In this document: piece after piece, positions 29,475-38,803 of the stretch
Layout: each line of letters starts with the position of its first letter
Position numbering within the stretch: position 1 is the stretch's first letter
Origin: an uncultured Chloroflexia bacterium
GTDB lineage: Bacteria; Chloroflexota; Limnocylindria; Limnocylindrales; CSP1-4
Assembly: GCA_963813335.1 (NCBI GenBank)
Contig: CAWEYL010000003.1
Coordinates: forward strand, 416,001 to 480,000
Reading direction: 5' to 3'
Length of the DNA: 64,000 nucleotides
Position numbers and translations under genes: made by a program
The notes under the pieces: generated by a model
The model's database searches: none
What the model saw: the letters and a program-made list of their open reading frames with translations, nothing else
Told to the model about the DNA's origin: nothing

Positions 29475-31622
29475 TCAGGCGGCCGCCTTCTCGTCGACCT
29501 TCTTGCCGCCGTACGTGCCGGTCACGCTGGTATTCCCGTCGCCGTCTCGCTCGTAGGACAGGCGATCCCTGCCGGAGGACAGGCGCATCTCGAAGGTGCC
29601 GGCGTCGTCATCGGTCTCGCCACGCGCGGTCAGCGGCAGGTCCGGCGTGAACTCGCAGGCGCGCAGGACGACCTGCGTGCCGGCGTCGGTCGGCGTGTAC
29701 GTCACCGTCCCACCGAAGTCGCAGCCGGCGGTCACCGCGTCGGTGCCCTCGAAGTAGATGTAGTCGTGCGTGTTGAAGACGTGGCCGTCGACAGAGGTGG
29801 CGAGATCGAGCGCGTCCCGGTAGAGCCGCGCCGTCTGGGCCGGGTTGGCGACGTAGGCATCGACCATGTCCCAGTCCGTGCACGTGGTGATCCGCGCGGA
29901 CGGCGGCGTCCGGCTCGTCAGCCACGCTGTCAGGAGGTCGTCCGGGCAGGCCTGGCCCCAGCCGTAGATCACGTGCGGTCCGCCGACGGCCTGGACGAAC
30001 CAGGCGTCCTTGAGCCGGCTGTAGATGCGCATGCCGTTCGCGATCGGGGTCGCGGGGTCCGTCGTCGAGGTCAGGACGAAGACCGGGTACGGCGTGTCCT
30101 TGAGCGGGGCGGGCCGCGTCGGATCGGTCGTCGCCGCCGGCCAGTAGAGGCACGGCAGGTCGCCGTAATAGGCCGTCTCGAGCCGCGAGTCGTTGATGCC
30201 GTACGCCTCGGCGCTGGCGACCCACGCGTCGAGCCGCGCGTCGGTGTCGCCCGCGTCGGGGAAGAACGCGTAGTCCTGGCACTCGACGGCGTAGTACAGC
30301 GCGTCCGAGTAGCTGGGGTCCTGCTGCGGCTCGAGGGTGTCGGGATCGAGCCCGAGCGCGCCGTAGACCTCGCGGGCGAGCGGCACGTAGTCGCCGCGCG
30401 ACGCGGCGCCGAGCGCCCGCTGGAGCAGGAGCCGGTCGTACGAGTAGTAGAGCGCGTTGAACGCGGCCGTCTCAAGGTCGGTGCCGCTCAGCGTCCGCTG
30501 CTCGGTCGTGCCGTCGGACTTGGTGAAGTCGAAGGTGAGCGGGCCGCCCAGGAGCGCCGTCGCGAGCGCGTCGTACGCGGCGAGGGCGTCGCCGCCCCGG
30601 ATGTCGCGCTTGCAGGTCGCGTCGGCGGTGCAGGCATGGAGCACCGAGACGAGCGTGTCCTCAGCGGAGCGGGTGGCCTCGACGTAGTAGGTCGGGCCGT
30701 CGATCGTCAGGTCGACCGGGCCGTCGACGTAGAGCGTCGCGATGTGGTCGGGGTGGGCGGCCGCGTAGGTCTGCACGAACTGCGTGCCATAGCTCAGGCC
30801 GTAGAGGTCCATCTTGTCGACGCCGAGGTAGGCGCGGACGGCCTCGAGGTCCTCGACCGCCTGCTTCGTCGCGTAGAAAGGCAGGTCCGCCTCGGCCACG
30901 CCCGTTTCGGCCACGCAGTCCTTGGCGAAGGTCTCCGCCGCGGCGGCGGCGGCGGAGCGCTCGGCCGGGACCTGCGGTCGGGCGGTCGACTGGTAGTAGG
31001 TCGCCGCGGCCTTGGTGCACTGGATCGGCCCCGAGAGGCCGATGCCGCGCTGGTCCAGCCAGACCATGTCGTAGTCCTCGACGATCGACGCTCCGTAGTA
31101 GTCGTCGACATAGCCATCGCGGGTGGGGATGTCGCTGTAGCCCGGGCCGCCGGTGATCTCGACGTAGGTGCCCTTGCGCTCCTTCGTCGCCTTGTGGATC
31201 GCGAAGGTCACCTTCCAGGTCGGTCCGCCGGCCGTGGTCGCGAAGTGGTCCTTCGGGACGGCCAGCGTCACGCATTCGAAGACGGTCGTGTCGGGACAGG
31301 TCTGCCTGGAGACCAGGGTGTAGGCGGGCGCGGCCGGCGTCGCCGGCGATGCCGGAGTCGAAGCCGGTGGCGCCGCGCTTCCCGGCGCAGCTGGCGACGC
31401 GGCCGTCGAGGCGCTGGGCGAGGATTCGGCAGCGGCCGACCCGGACGGCGCGGGACTCCCGGACGCCGGCGGGGCCGAGGCCGGGAGCTGGGCCGGCCGG
31501 TTCGGCGAGTACGTCCAGCCCGGCGCGATGCCGGATCCGCACGCGGCGACCAGCAGGGCGACCGCCGCGACGGTCAGCGAGTGTCGAAGACGAGGAGTCC
31601 GTGATCGATGGGTGGGTGGCAC
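29475..31622 (-). CDS. Lipoprotein alpha/beta hydrolase (TAP-like peptidase family)
   Basis: Lipobox VAAC, Pro/Ser/Ala linker, FECVTLAVP, TGGPG, DQRGIG, GLSYGT nucleophile elbow, DPATP, GGPH. Confidence 0.88.
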   Translation of the reverse strand: MPPTHRSRTPRLRHSLTVAAVALLVAACGSGIAPGWTYSPNRPAQLPASAPPASGSPAPSGSAAAESSPSASTAASPAAPGSAAPPASTPASPATPAAPAYTLVSRQTCPDTTVFECVTLAVPKDHFATTAGGPTWKVTFAIHKATKERKGTYVEITGGPGYSDIPTRDGYVDDYYGASIVEDYDMVWLDQRGIGLSGPIQCTKAAATYYQSTARPQVPAERSAAAAAAETFAKDCVAETGVAEADLPFYATKQAVEDLEAVRAYLGVDKMDLYGLSYGTQFVQTYAAAHPDHIATLYVDGPVDLTIDGPTYYVEATRSAEDTLVSVLHACTADATCKRDIRGGDALAAYDALATALLGGPLTFDFTKSDGTTEQRTLSGTDLETAAFNALYYSYDRLLLQRALGAASRGDYVPLAREVYGALGLDPDTLEPQQDPSYSDALYYAVECQDYAFFPDAGDTDARLDAWVASAEAYGINDSRLETAYYGDLPCLYWPAATTDPTRPAPLKDTPYPVFVLTSTTDPATPIANGMRIYSRLKDAWFVQAVGGPHVIYGWGQACPDDLLTAWLTSRTPPSARITTCTDWDMVDAYVANPAQTARLYRDALDLATSVDGHVFNTHDYIYFEGTDAVTAGCDFGGTVTYTPTDAGTQVVLRACEFTPDLPLTARGETDDDAGTFEMRLSSGRDRLSYERDGDGNTSVTGTYGGKKVDEKAAA

Positions 31623-31679
31623 GGCGGTCAGCCTAGGGCGCCGGCGGCTCGGTGCCGACCGGGTGTCGCGGTCCGCGCG

Positions 31680-32870
31680 TCAGCGGCCGCGCTGCCAGGA
31701 CTTGCCCTCGGTCTGCGTCGAGGGCGCGTAGACCATCTCGACCCGCTGCATGTCGCGGATCGTCCGGGCGCCGAGGGCCGCCATCGACTGGCGCAGCGCC
31801 CCGACGAGGTTCTCGCTGCCGTCGGTCACATGCGCCGGCCCGAAGAGGATCCGCTCGAGCGTCCCGACCGTCCCGACGTTGATGCGCGTCCCGCGCGGGA
31901 GCGTCGGCGACGGCGCGGCCATGCCCCAGTTGGTGCCACGACCGGGCGCCTCCTCGGCGCGGGCCAGCGGCGAGCCGATCATCAGCACGTCGGCGCCGGC
32001 GGCGATCGCCTTGGCCAGCTCGCCGCCGCGGCGCATGCCGCCGTCGGCGACGACCGGGATGTACTTGCCCGTCTCGGCGAAGAAGGCGTCGCGGGCCGCG
32101 GCCACGTCGCTGATCGCGGTGACCTGCGGGACGCCGATGCCGAGGACCTCGCGGGTCGTGCACGCGGCACCTGGCCCGACGCCGACGAAGACCGCGGCGG
32201 CGCCCTGCTCCATCAGCGCGAAGGCCGCCTCGGCGTTGGTCGTGTTGCCGACCGCGACCGGGATCGGCATGTAGCGGGTGAACTCGGCGAGCGAGAGCGG
32301 GTCGTACTCGGTGGCGAGGTGGCGGGCGCTCGAGACCTGGCTCTGGACGAGGAACAGGTCGGCGCCGTGCTCGGCGCAGAACGGGCCGAAGCGGCGGGCG
32401 GCACCCGGGGTGGCGGCGACGGCCGCCTTCGAGCCGGCGTCGTGGATGGCCTGGAGCCGGGCCGAGATCAGGTCCTCGCGGATCGGCTGGGCGTAGACCT
32501 CGGCGAGGATCGCCTGGACCTCGTCGGCCGGTGCGGACGCGATGCGCTCGAGGATCGCGTCGGGCTCGTCGTAGCGGGTCTGGACGCCTTCGAGGTTGAG
32601 GATCGCGAGGCCGCCGAGGCGGGCGAGCTCCCCGGCGACGCGCGGGTCGACGACCGCGTCCATCGCCGACGCGATGATCGGGATGGCGAGGTCGATGCCG
32701 GCGAACGTCTGCGCGAGGTCGACGTCGGCGGGCTCGATGGTGTCGGTCCCGGGCGCGAGCGAGACGTCCTCGAAGCCATACGTCGGCCGGATCGTGTCGA
32801 CCTTCGAATGGAAGACCCGACGCTGCGCCGCGCCGTCCGGGGTGTGCGTCGTCGCCGTTCGGTCGATCAC
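31680..32870 (-). CDS. guaB: GuaB3-type IMP dehydrogenase family protein (no CBS domains)
   Basis: [57 protein letters not shown]; GTG start with a CAGGAGG RBS. Confidence 0.92.
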   Translation of the reverse strand: MIDRTATTHTPDGAAQRRVFHSKVDTIRPTYGFEDVSLAPGTDTIEPADVDLAQTFAGIDLAIPIIASAMDAVVDPRVAGELARLGGLAILNLEGVQTRYDEPDAILERIASAPADEVQAILAEVYAQPIREDLISARLQAIHDAGSKAAVAATPGAARRFGPFCAEHGADLFLVQSQVSSARHLATEYDPLSLAEFTRYMPIPVAVGNTTNAEAAFALMEQGAAAVFVGVGPGAACTTREVLGIGVPQVTAISDVAAARDAFFAETGKYIPVVADGGMRRGGELAKAIAAGADVLMIGSPLARAEEAPGRGTNWGMAAPSPTLPRGTRINVGTVGTLERILFGPAHVTDGSENLVGALRQSMAALGARTIRDMQRVEMVYAPSTQTEGKSWQRGR

Positions 32871-33373
32871 GTGGCCCTCCTGTGCCGCCTCACGGTGGGC
32901 TGCCTGTGGCCCCGAGTCTACCAGCGAGGCGGCGACGGCCGACGGTTGCGGGTCCAGTGCCATCTCGAATCCGAGCACGGATGGCGGGTGCATGTAGTCT
33001 CATGCGATGAGCAGGAACTCTTCGGCGGGCGGCGATCGCCTTCGACCGCTAGCCGCGGTCTGTGTTGCACGAGCGCTGACCGGCTGGACCCCTCCCCAAC
33101 CACGGCGGGCGACGGCTGGCACCGGTTGAGACCTATCGTGAGCCGCAGGGTACGGACAGCAGCCATCGATCGGAATCGTCGTCCAGGCGACGTCGGGTCC
33201 CTCGACGGACGGGCACTGACGGTCCGAATCGGGCGGCGGCGATTGCCTTATCCCGGTATTTCACGGTCATCGAGGCTCACGTCGACGAGAACGTCGTGAC
33301 CGCCCGGTTTGACCGAGTGATCAAGCCCGGATCGGGCGGCGACCAGATCGATGTATGTCCGCTGGCCAGCCGA

Positions 33374-34055
33374 TCACCTTTCGCGTCTCGATCGACAGGC
33401 ACCCGGGTTCCGCTCCACTATGTCCTTCAACTTGACGACAGCAGCTTGAAGCAGCCTTGACGAAGTCACATGCGGCGCGATGTCGGTGACGATCGAGCCC
33501 AAACCATGATCGCGATCCTGAGCACCATGGGCAAGACGACCAGATGCACGTCGGGTCAACGGATCGCATCCTGTGCGAAGCCCATCCAGTGCCAATTCGA
33601 ACCACGCGGCACGTTCCGGGTCCGCGAGGTCGTCGCGGATGCGTTCGATCGCCGTGCGGTAGCCCGGCCAGACGACCTCGCGGTGGGCGTCGTCGATCGG
33701 GAGCCAGCGGGCGCCGTCGTGCTCGTGCGACAGCGTCGGCTCGGCGCCGGGCGCGACACGGACCGCGAAGACCGCGGCGGTCATGACCCCATCGACGGAC
33801 GGCTCGTGGAACTGGTTCACGAGGTCGAGGTCGTAGAACGCCTCGATGGCGTCGGCGTCGAAGCCGGTCTCCTCGCGGAGCTCGCGGAGCGCGCCCTCGG
33901 CGACGCGCTCGCCGTCTTCGAGCGACCCGGAGACGCACTGCCACAGGCCGGGCAGGATGCGCCCGGGCGCGCGGCGGATCAGCAGGATCTCGCGGCCCCG
34001 CGCGAGCGTCGCGGAACATCCAGCAGTCGACGAGGTCCGGCCGGAACGGGCTCAC
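33374..34055 (-). CDS. NUDIX hydrolase; frameshift near 34000, true 3' end uncertain (possibly near 33556)
   Basis: ILLIRRAPGRILPGLWQCVSGSLEDGERVAEGALRELREETG (Nudix box), LSHEHDGARWL; GTG overlaps the dinB stop. Confidence 0.82.
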
Positions 34056-34633
34056 GCGACGAGCCGGGCGCGCATGTCGTTCAGCTGCTCCAGGTGCATC
34101 AGGTCGTGGACGCCCGCGAAGACCAGCCATTCGCCGCAGCGCAGCCGCCCGACTTGCTCGTGGACCAGCGGGCACGGCTCGGCCTCGTGGCCGGCGACGG
34201 TCCGTGCGAACCGCTCGATCAGCCGCTGGCTCTGGCCGATCTTTCGCAACAGCGTCGCGCGGTCCTGGTCGGCTGTGCCGGGGATCCCCTGGACGACATG
34301 GGGCGCGTCCGCGGGCCAGCGCCCTGCCGCCGCCAGCGATGCGGCCATGGCGAGACCGGCCCGCGACTCGCAGTCATGGCCGATGCACTGGGCGACGTTC
34401 CAATCCCCTTCCCCGCCGGGCAGCGTGAACGCCAAGTCCGGAAGCTCGTCCACGAACGCGGTCAGCGCCGCGGCCAGCGAACCCAGCTGGAGCCCGATCG
34501 CCTCCGCGGTGCCCGGCCCGCCTCGACGGCGGACCTCACGGCGGACCTCGATGAGCCGGCCGGTCTCGATGCCGCGCCAGGCCGCGACGATGTCGGGTGC
34601 CCCCGGTTCGAGCGCATCGACCCAGGTCGTCAA
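34052..34633 (-). CDS. DinB/YfiT superfamily protein
   Basis: GEGDWNVAQCIGH...HEQVGRLRCGEWLVFAGVHDLMHLEQL (His triad); TTG overlaps the hicB stop. Confidence 0.82.
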   Translation of the reverse strand: MTTWVDALEPGAPDIVAAWRGIETGRLIEVRREVRRRGGPGTAEAIGLQLGSLAAALTAFVDELPDLAFTLPGGEGDWNVAQCIGHDCESRAGLAMAASLAAAGRWPADAPHVVQGIPGTADQDRATLLRKIGQSQRLIERFARTVAGHEAEPCPLVHEQVGRLRCGEWLVFAGVHDLMHLEQLNDMRARLVA

Positions 34634-34839
34634 ACCTCGACAGCGTCCGTCCAGGCAGACGGCTCCGGGAGTGGCTCGTGCGCGACCCGCATCGAACGGA
34701 CATGTTCCTCGATCGCGTCCCGGATCCGCCGCTCGACCTCGGCCCGCGTCCGACCCGTCGCGACACACCCGGGGAGGTCCGGGACGTACGCCGAGAAGGT
34801 CCCCCCAGCGCGCTCGTAGACCACGGCATAGCGCTTCAT
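34630..34839 (-). CDS. hicB: HicB family antitoxin (short, no DNA-binding domain)
   Basis: MKRYAVVYE...FSAYVPDLPGCVATGRTRAEVERRIRDAIEEH...PLPEP. Confidence 0.93.
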   Translation of the reverse strand: MKRYAVVYERAGGTFSAYVPDLPGCVATGRTRAEVERRIRDAIEEHVRSMRVAHEPLPEPSAWTDAVEV

Positions 34840-35037
34840 CGTTCGTCTCCCTTGAGGCCTGCCTGCCTCAGGATACTGTTCCAGGTCCCGCGGGCCAGAT
34901 CGTCACGACGGTCTCCCGGCGATCGTCGACGAGACCCGGCCGAACGGGGTGGCGAAACTGACGATGGCTCCCGCGGGTTCGCACGAGCTGCCATCCGTGC
35001 TCCTGAGGATGTCGATCGCGTCTCGGACCTTCGGCAT
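34836..35037 (-). CDS. hicA: HicA family mRNase toxin, interrupted by about three indels
   Basis: Reconstructs to MPKVRDAIDIL.EHGWQLVRTRGSHRQFRHPVRPGLVTIAG..DDLARGTWNSILRQAGLK with the GSH motif; stop overlaps the hicB ATG. Confidence 0.8.
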
Positions 35038-35043
35038 CGGCCG

Positions 35044-35078
35044 AAGCTATCGAGCGGCGCTCACCCCGCCCTTACCCG
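35044..35078 (-). promoter_or_regulatory. Putative hicA promoter: -10 TAGCTT with two 11-bp-phased GGTRAG boxes
   Basis: Plus strand AAGCTA 35044-35049, CTCACC 35060, CTTACC 35071; same geometry as upstream of radC. Confidence 0.55.
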
Positions 35079-35092
35079 GCGCCAGGCTCAGC

Positions 35093-35422
35093 TCACAGCC
35101 GCTCGAAGCGCTCCACCGGGAGGACGAAGACCGTGGCGCCGCCGACCTCGACCTCGAGCGGGTAGGGCATGAAGAACTCGCCCGGCTCCATGATCGGCGG
35201 CATCGGGTTGACGGTCTGGGTCCGCGACGTGCAGTTCTCGCGGACGATCCCGAGGACCTCCTCGACCTCGGCGTCCTCGACGCCGAGGATGATCGTCGCG
35301 TTCGACTGCTTCAGGAATCCGCCCGAGCTGTGCAGGCGGGTCGCGCGGAACTCCTTGTCGAGCAGGGCGTCGACCAGGGCTCCGGCGTCTTCGTGATGGA
35401 CGATCGCGACGACAAGCTTCAT
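35093..35422 (-). CDS. darA: Cyclic-di-AMP receptor DarA/PstA (PII-like)
   Basis: MKLVVAIVHHEDA, ATRLHSSGGFLKQSNAT, EVEVGGATVFVLPVERF. Confidence 0.93.
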   Translation of the reverse strand: MKLVVAIVHHEDAGALVDALLDKEFRATRLHSSGGFLKQSNATIILGVEDAEVEEVLGIVRENCTSRTQTVNPMPPIMEPGEFFMPYPLEVEVGGATVFVLPVERFERL

Positions 35423-35517
35423 CGCGGGGAGTATCCCGGCGCGGACGCCGCCGGTCAACGCAGATTCGCGAGGTGTACGATGCCGGCTCCGACCGAAGCG
35501 TGCGTGCAGGAGAGCCC

Positions 35518-36540
35518 GTGACCAGCGACGCCCGACCCTCTGACCCCCGCGCGTCCCTCGCCGCCACGGCCGTCGCCGTGTCGCGCGCCACCGACCTCGA
35601 TGCCGCGCTGAGCGCCATCCTTGGCGCGATCGAGGCCTCGATGCAGCCGTTGATGGGCGCCGTCCTCGTGCAGGATCCGGACCGGAGCGGCCTCGTCGTC
35701 GCCGCTTCGTCCAGGATGGACGCCGATGCCGACGCGCGATTGACGGCTGCGGTCGCCGATCCGACCCATCCGTTCGCGGAAGCCGCGAACGCGCGCGTCG
35801 CGACGTTCGATCGCGAATCGACCCTACCGACGGGCAATGCGTACGTCGGCGCCTACCTGCCGCTCCTCAGCTCCACCGGCGGTGCCGAAGTGTCGCTCGG
35901 GAGCATCGGCTTCGGCTGGCTGGCGCCGCGTGCCCTGGATGCCGACGAGCGCGACGCCCTCGAAGGGTTCGCCGCGCTGGCGACGCTCGCGGTCGAGCGG
36001 GCGCGACTCGAATCGACGGCGGCCGAACGCTCCGAGTGGTTCGAGCGCCTGGCCCACAGCGACGCCCTGACCGGGCTCGCGAACGAGCGGACGGTCGGCC
36101 GGGTGCTCGAGCTCGAGCTGGCGCGTGCCGGGCGGCAGACCAGCGAGGTGTCGCTGGCGATCTTCGATATCGACGACTTCCAGGCGACCAACCGCGACGG
36201 CGGCCATGCGGCCGGCGACGACGTGCTTCGGCGCGTCGCGGCCGTGCTGGCCGAATCGGTCCGGCTGGTGGACACGGTCGGGCGGATCGGCGGCGACGAG
36301 TTCGTCCTGATCGCGCCGGGGTCGGCCGGGATGACCGTGGCGCAGCGCGTCATCGACGGGATCGCCGCCCTGCCCGCGGTCGCCGGCAAGGATGTGTCCG
36401 TCTCCGCAGGCGTCGCCCGGTTCCCGGTCGATGGCTCCGACGCGGACGAGCTCATCGCGTCGGCGATGGCGGCGCTCCAGGCGGCCCGCGCCGAGGGCCG
36501 CGGCAAGGTCGCGGAGCCGGCGGCGGCCCCCAAGGCCTAA
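35518..36540 (+). CDS. GAF-GGDEF diguanylate cyclase
   Basis: GAF-like N-terminus; DALTGLAN, DIDDF, GHAAGDDVL, RLVD I-site, GRIGGDEF; GTG start with a CAGGAG RBS. Confidence 0.9.
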   Translation: MTSDARPSDPRASLAATAVAVSRATDLDAALSAILGAIEASMQPLMGAVLVQDPDRSGLVVAASSRMDADADARLTAAVADPTHPFAEAANARVATFDRESTLPTGNAYVGAYLPLLSSTGGAEVSLGSIGFGWLAPRALDADERDALEGFAALATLAVERARLESTAAERSEWFERLAHSDALTGLANERTVGRVLELELARAGRQTSEVSLAIFDIDDFQATNRDGGHAAGDDVLRRVAAVLAESVRLVDTVGRIGGDEFVLIAPGSAGMTVAQRVIDGIAALPAVAGKDVSVSAGVARFPVDGSDADELIASAMAALQAARAEGRGKVAEPAAAPKA

Positions 36541-36543
36541 GCG

Positions 36544-37404
36544 CTAGGCGACGGCCGAGGCGGCTCCCGACGACACGACCGGTCCGGCCGGGGCGGTCGC
36601 GCCAGGCGCCGGTTCGCGGGTCAGCACCACCTGGATCCCGGCCGCCGGGTGGACGCCCGACGTCGCCAGGTACCCGGTCCCGTCGCGGCCGACCTGGAAG
36701 CCGCCGATCGCGACCGGGACCTTGTCCTCGCCGATGAGCCACGCCTCGTAGACCTCGTTGCCCTTGGTCGGGTCGAGGTCGTGGACGGCCAGGGTCAGCG
36801 TGCCGTCCGGGTTCATCGCCGCGAGCCCGGCCGCCTCGGAGGCCTCCGCGGGCCGGAGCACCGCGGTCATCGATCCGTCCTGCGCCGCGAGCTGGAGCAC
36901 GGCAGCGACATCCCGCTGGTATTGCTCCGCGCCGTTGAGCTGGTTCTGGAGGAACAGGTTCCAGCCGGCGAGCGCGACGATCGCGACGACGGCGGCGACG
37001 CGGAGGATCCACGAGGTCGGCGAGGTCTTGCGTGGTGCGGACGCGGACGCGGCCTTCGTGGTCGGGAACGGGATCGGCTCCTGGACGGCGGTCGTTGGCG
37101 CGAGCTCTGGTTCCGCGCTCATGGGCGCGCTCGACGGCGCCGACCGCGCCTCGAGATCCGCGGCCGCCGCCGCCATGATCCGGCCCTTCAGCGCCGCCGA
37201 CGGCTCGACGACCGGCACGGACTCGAGCAGCACCGGCAGCACGGACCCCGCCTCGGCGATCTCGGCGTGCGCATCCGAGCAAGTCGCGAGGTGCTCGCGG
37301 ACCGCGGCCTCCTCGGCCGGGTCGAGCGCGCCCAGCACGAACGAGTCCGCCATCTCGCGGACGTCGTCGCAGGTGAGGCCCGTGGCGCGCATGTCGTCGG
37401 TCAT
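36544..37404 (-). CDS. Anti-sigma factor (zinc-finger + RskA domain)
   Basis: CDDVRE..FVLGALD...HLATC, TM helix, YEAWLI, VVLTREP. Confidence 0.88.
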   Translation of the reverse strand: MTDDMRATGLTCDDVREMADSFVLGALDPAEEAAVREHLATCSDAHAEIAEAGSVLPVLLESVPVVEPSAALKGRIMAAAAADLEARSAPSSAPMSAEPELAPTTAVQEPIPFPTTKAASASAPRKTSPTSWILRVAAVVAIVALAGWNLFLQNQLNGAEQYQRDVAAVLQLAAQDGSMTAVLRPAEASEAAGLAAMNPDGTLTLAVHDLDPTKGNEVYEAWLIGEDKVPVAIGGFQVGRDGTGYLATSGVHPAAGIQVVLTREPAPGATAPAGPVVSSGAASAVA

Positions 37405-38051
37405 GGTGCCCCGCCCTCGACGATGGTGCCGTCGGCCGCGACCGGCTCGACGTCGCCGGGATCGTCGACGGTGAGCGCACGGCGCATCGCGAGCAGCCCG
37501 AGCCGCATCCGGCTCTTCACGGTCCCGAGCGGGGTGTCCATCCGGAGCGCGATCTCCTGCTGCGTCAGGCCGCCGAAGTAGGCGAGCTCGATGGCCTCGC
37601 GCTGGACGTCGGAGAGCACGGCGAGCGCGCCCCGGACGGCGTCGGCATCGAGGTTCGCGGAGACCTCCGTCCAGATGTCGGGCAGGCGCAGCTCGACGGG
37701 CGGCACGTCCTCGCGCTCGGGCAGCTCGGTGGTCGGCTTGCGCCGGCGGATCGCGTCGATCGCCCGGTGGTGGACGATCGACAGCAGCCAGGTCTTCACG
37801 CTGCCGCGCCCCTCGATGTAGCGGGCGGCATTGCGCCAGGCGCCCAGGAAGGCGTCCTGGACGACGTCCTCGGCAAGCGTGGCGTCACTCGTGATGCGGT
37901 AGGCGATGGAGTAGGCCATGGTCCTGTATCGGTCGTAGAGCTCTTCGAGGGCGTGGAGTTCCCCGGCGACGATCCGCTCGAGCACGGCCCGGTCCGCGTC
38001 GTCCGCCGGGGACCCGACGCGCCGTTGGAGCGAGCCCGATTCGTCCGTCAT
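37401..38051 (-). CDS. ECF sigma-70 factor (SigK-like)
   Basis: LYDRY, AEDVVQDAF, WLLSIVHHRAID, QREAIELAYFGGLTQQEIA..PLGTVKSRMR. Confidence 0.93.
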   Translation of the reverse strand: MTDESGSLQRRVGSPADDADRAVLERIVAGELHALEELYDRYRTMAYSIAYRITSDATLAEDVVQDAFLGAWRNAARYIEGRGSVKTWLLSIVHHRAIDAIRRRKPTTELPEREDVPPVELRLPDIWTEVSANLDADAVRGALAVLSDVQREAIELAYFGGLTQQEIALRMDTPLGTVKSRMRLGLLAMRRALTVDDPGDVEPVAADGTIVEGGAP

Positions 38052-38737
38052 CGTTCGATGCGTGCGGCGGAGGGCCGCGGTTCACTTCGTGCGAGCCGGT
38101 CGTCGACCGCGCGCACCATCGCGGCGGTGACCGAATCCAGCTCCTGGGTCGCATCGACGACCGCGAATCGCTCCGGCTCGGCCTCGGCCAGGGCCAGGAA
38201 CCCGTCGCGCACGCGGCGGTGGAAGGCGAGGTCGAACTCGGCCTCGAAGCGGGTCACGTCGTCGGGCGCCTTGCGCGCCAGGCCCGCCTCGACGGGCAGG
38301 TCGAGCAGGATCGTGAGGTCGGGGCGGAGACCGTCCGTGGCCGCCGCTTCGAGGCCCCGGAGCACGTGGAGCGGCACGCCGGCGCCGTAGCCCTGGTAGG
38401 CGAGGGTCGAATCGGCGAAGCGGGCGCAGACCACGGTCCGGCCGTCCCCCAGCGCGGGCCGCAGCACCTCGCTCACGAGCTGGCGCCGCGCCGCATCGAA
38501 CAGGAACGCGTCGGTCAGCGGGTCGCTCCGTCCGCCGGCCCCGGTCCGGGCCAGCAGGACCTCGCGGATCCGCTCGCCGAGCCAGGTGCCGCCCGGTTCG
38601 CGGGTCGAGACGACGTCGTGGCCGCGCCCCGCCAGCCAGGCGACGAGGCGGTCGGCCTGCGTCGTCTTGCCGGCCCCTTCGGGGCCTTCGATGGTGATGA
38701 ACCAGCCGCGGTCGCGCGGGGTCCCGGGTGCGGTCAC
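38048..38737 (-). CDS. tmk: Thymidylate kinase
   Basis: FITIEGPEGAGKTTQ, TREPGGT, RFADSTLAYQGYG, PDLTILLD, FHRRVRDGF. Confidence 0.95.
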   Translation of the reverse strand: MTAPGTPRDRGWFITIEGPEGAGKTTQADRLVAWLAGRGHDVVSTREPGGTWLGERIREVLLARTGAGGRSDPLTDAFLFDAARRQLVSEVLRPALGDGRTVVCARFADSTLAYQGYGAGVPLHVLRGLEAAATDGLRPDLTILLDLPVEAGLARKAPDDVTRFEAEFDLAFHRRVRDGFLALAEAEPERFAVVDATQELDSVTAAMVRAVDDRLARSEPRPSAARIER

Positions 38738-38803
38738 GTCCCGAGTGTAGCCGGGGGCGGGGCCGGGCCCGACGCGCGCTCGCGATACCCTGTCGCCACT
38801 GCC

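Noticed and set aside
36150-36310. Hypr-type (3',3'-cGAMP) GGDEF suggested by the neighbouring c-di-AMP receptor
   Set aside because: The guanine-specifying Asp in GHAAGD is retained; Hypr enzymes have Ser there.
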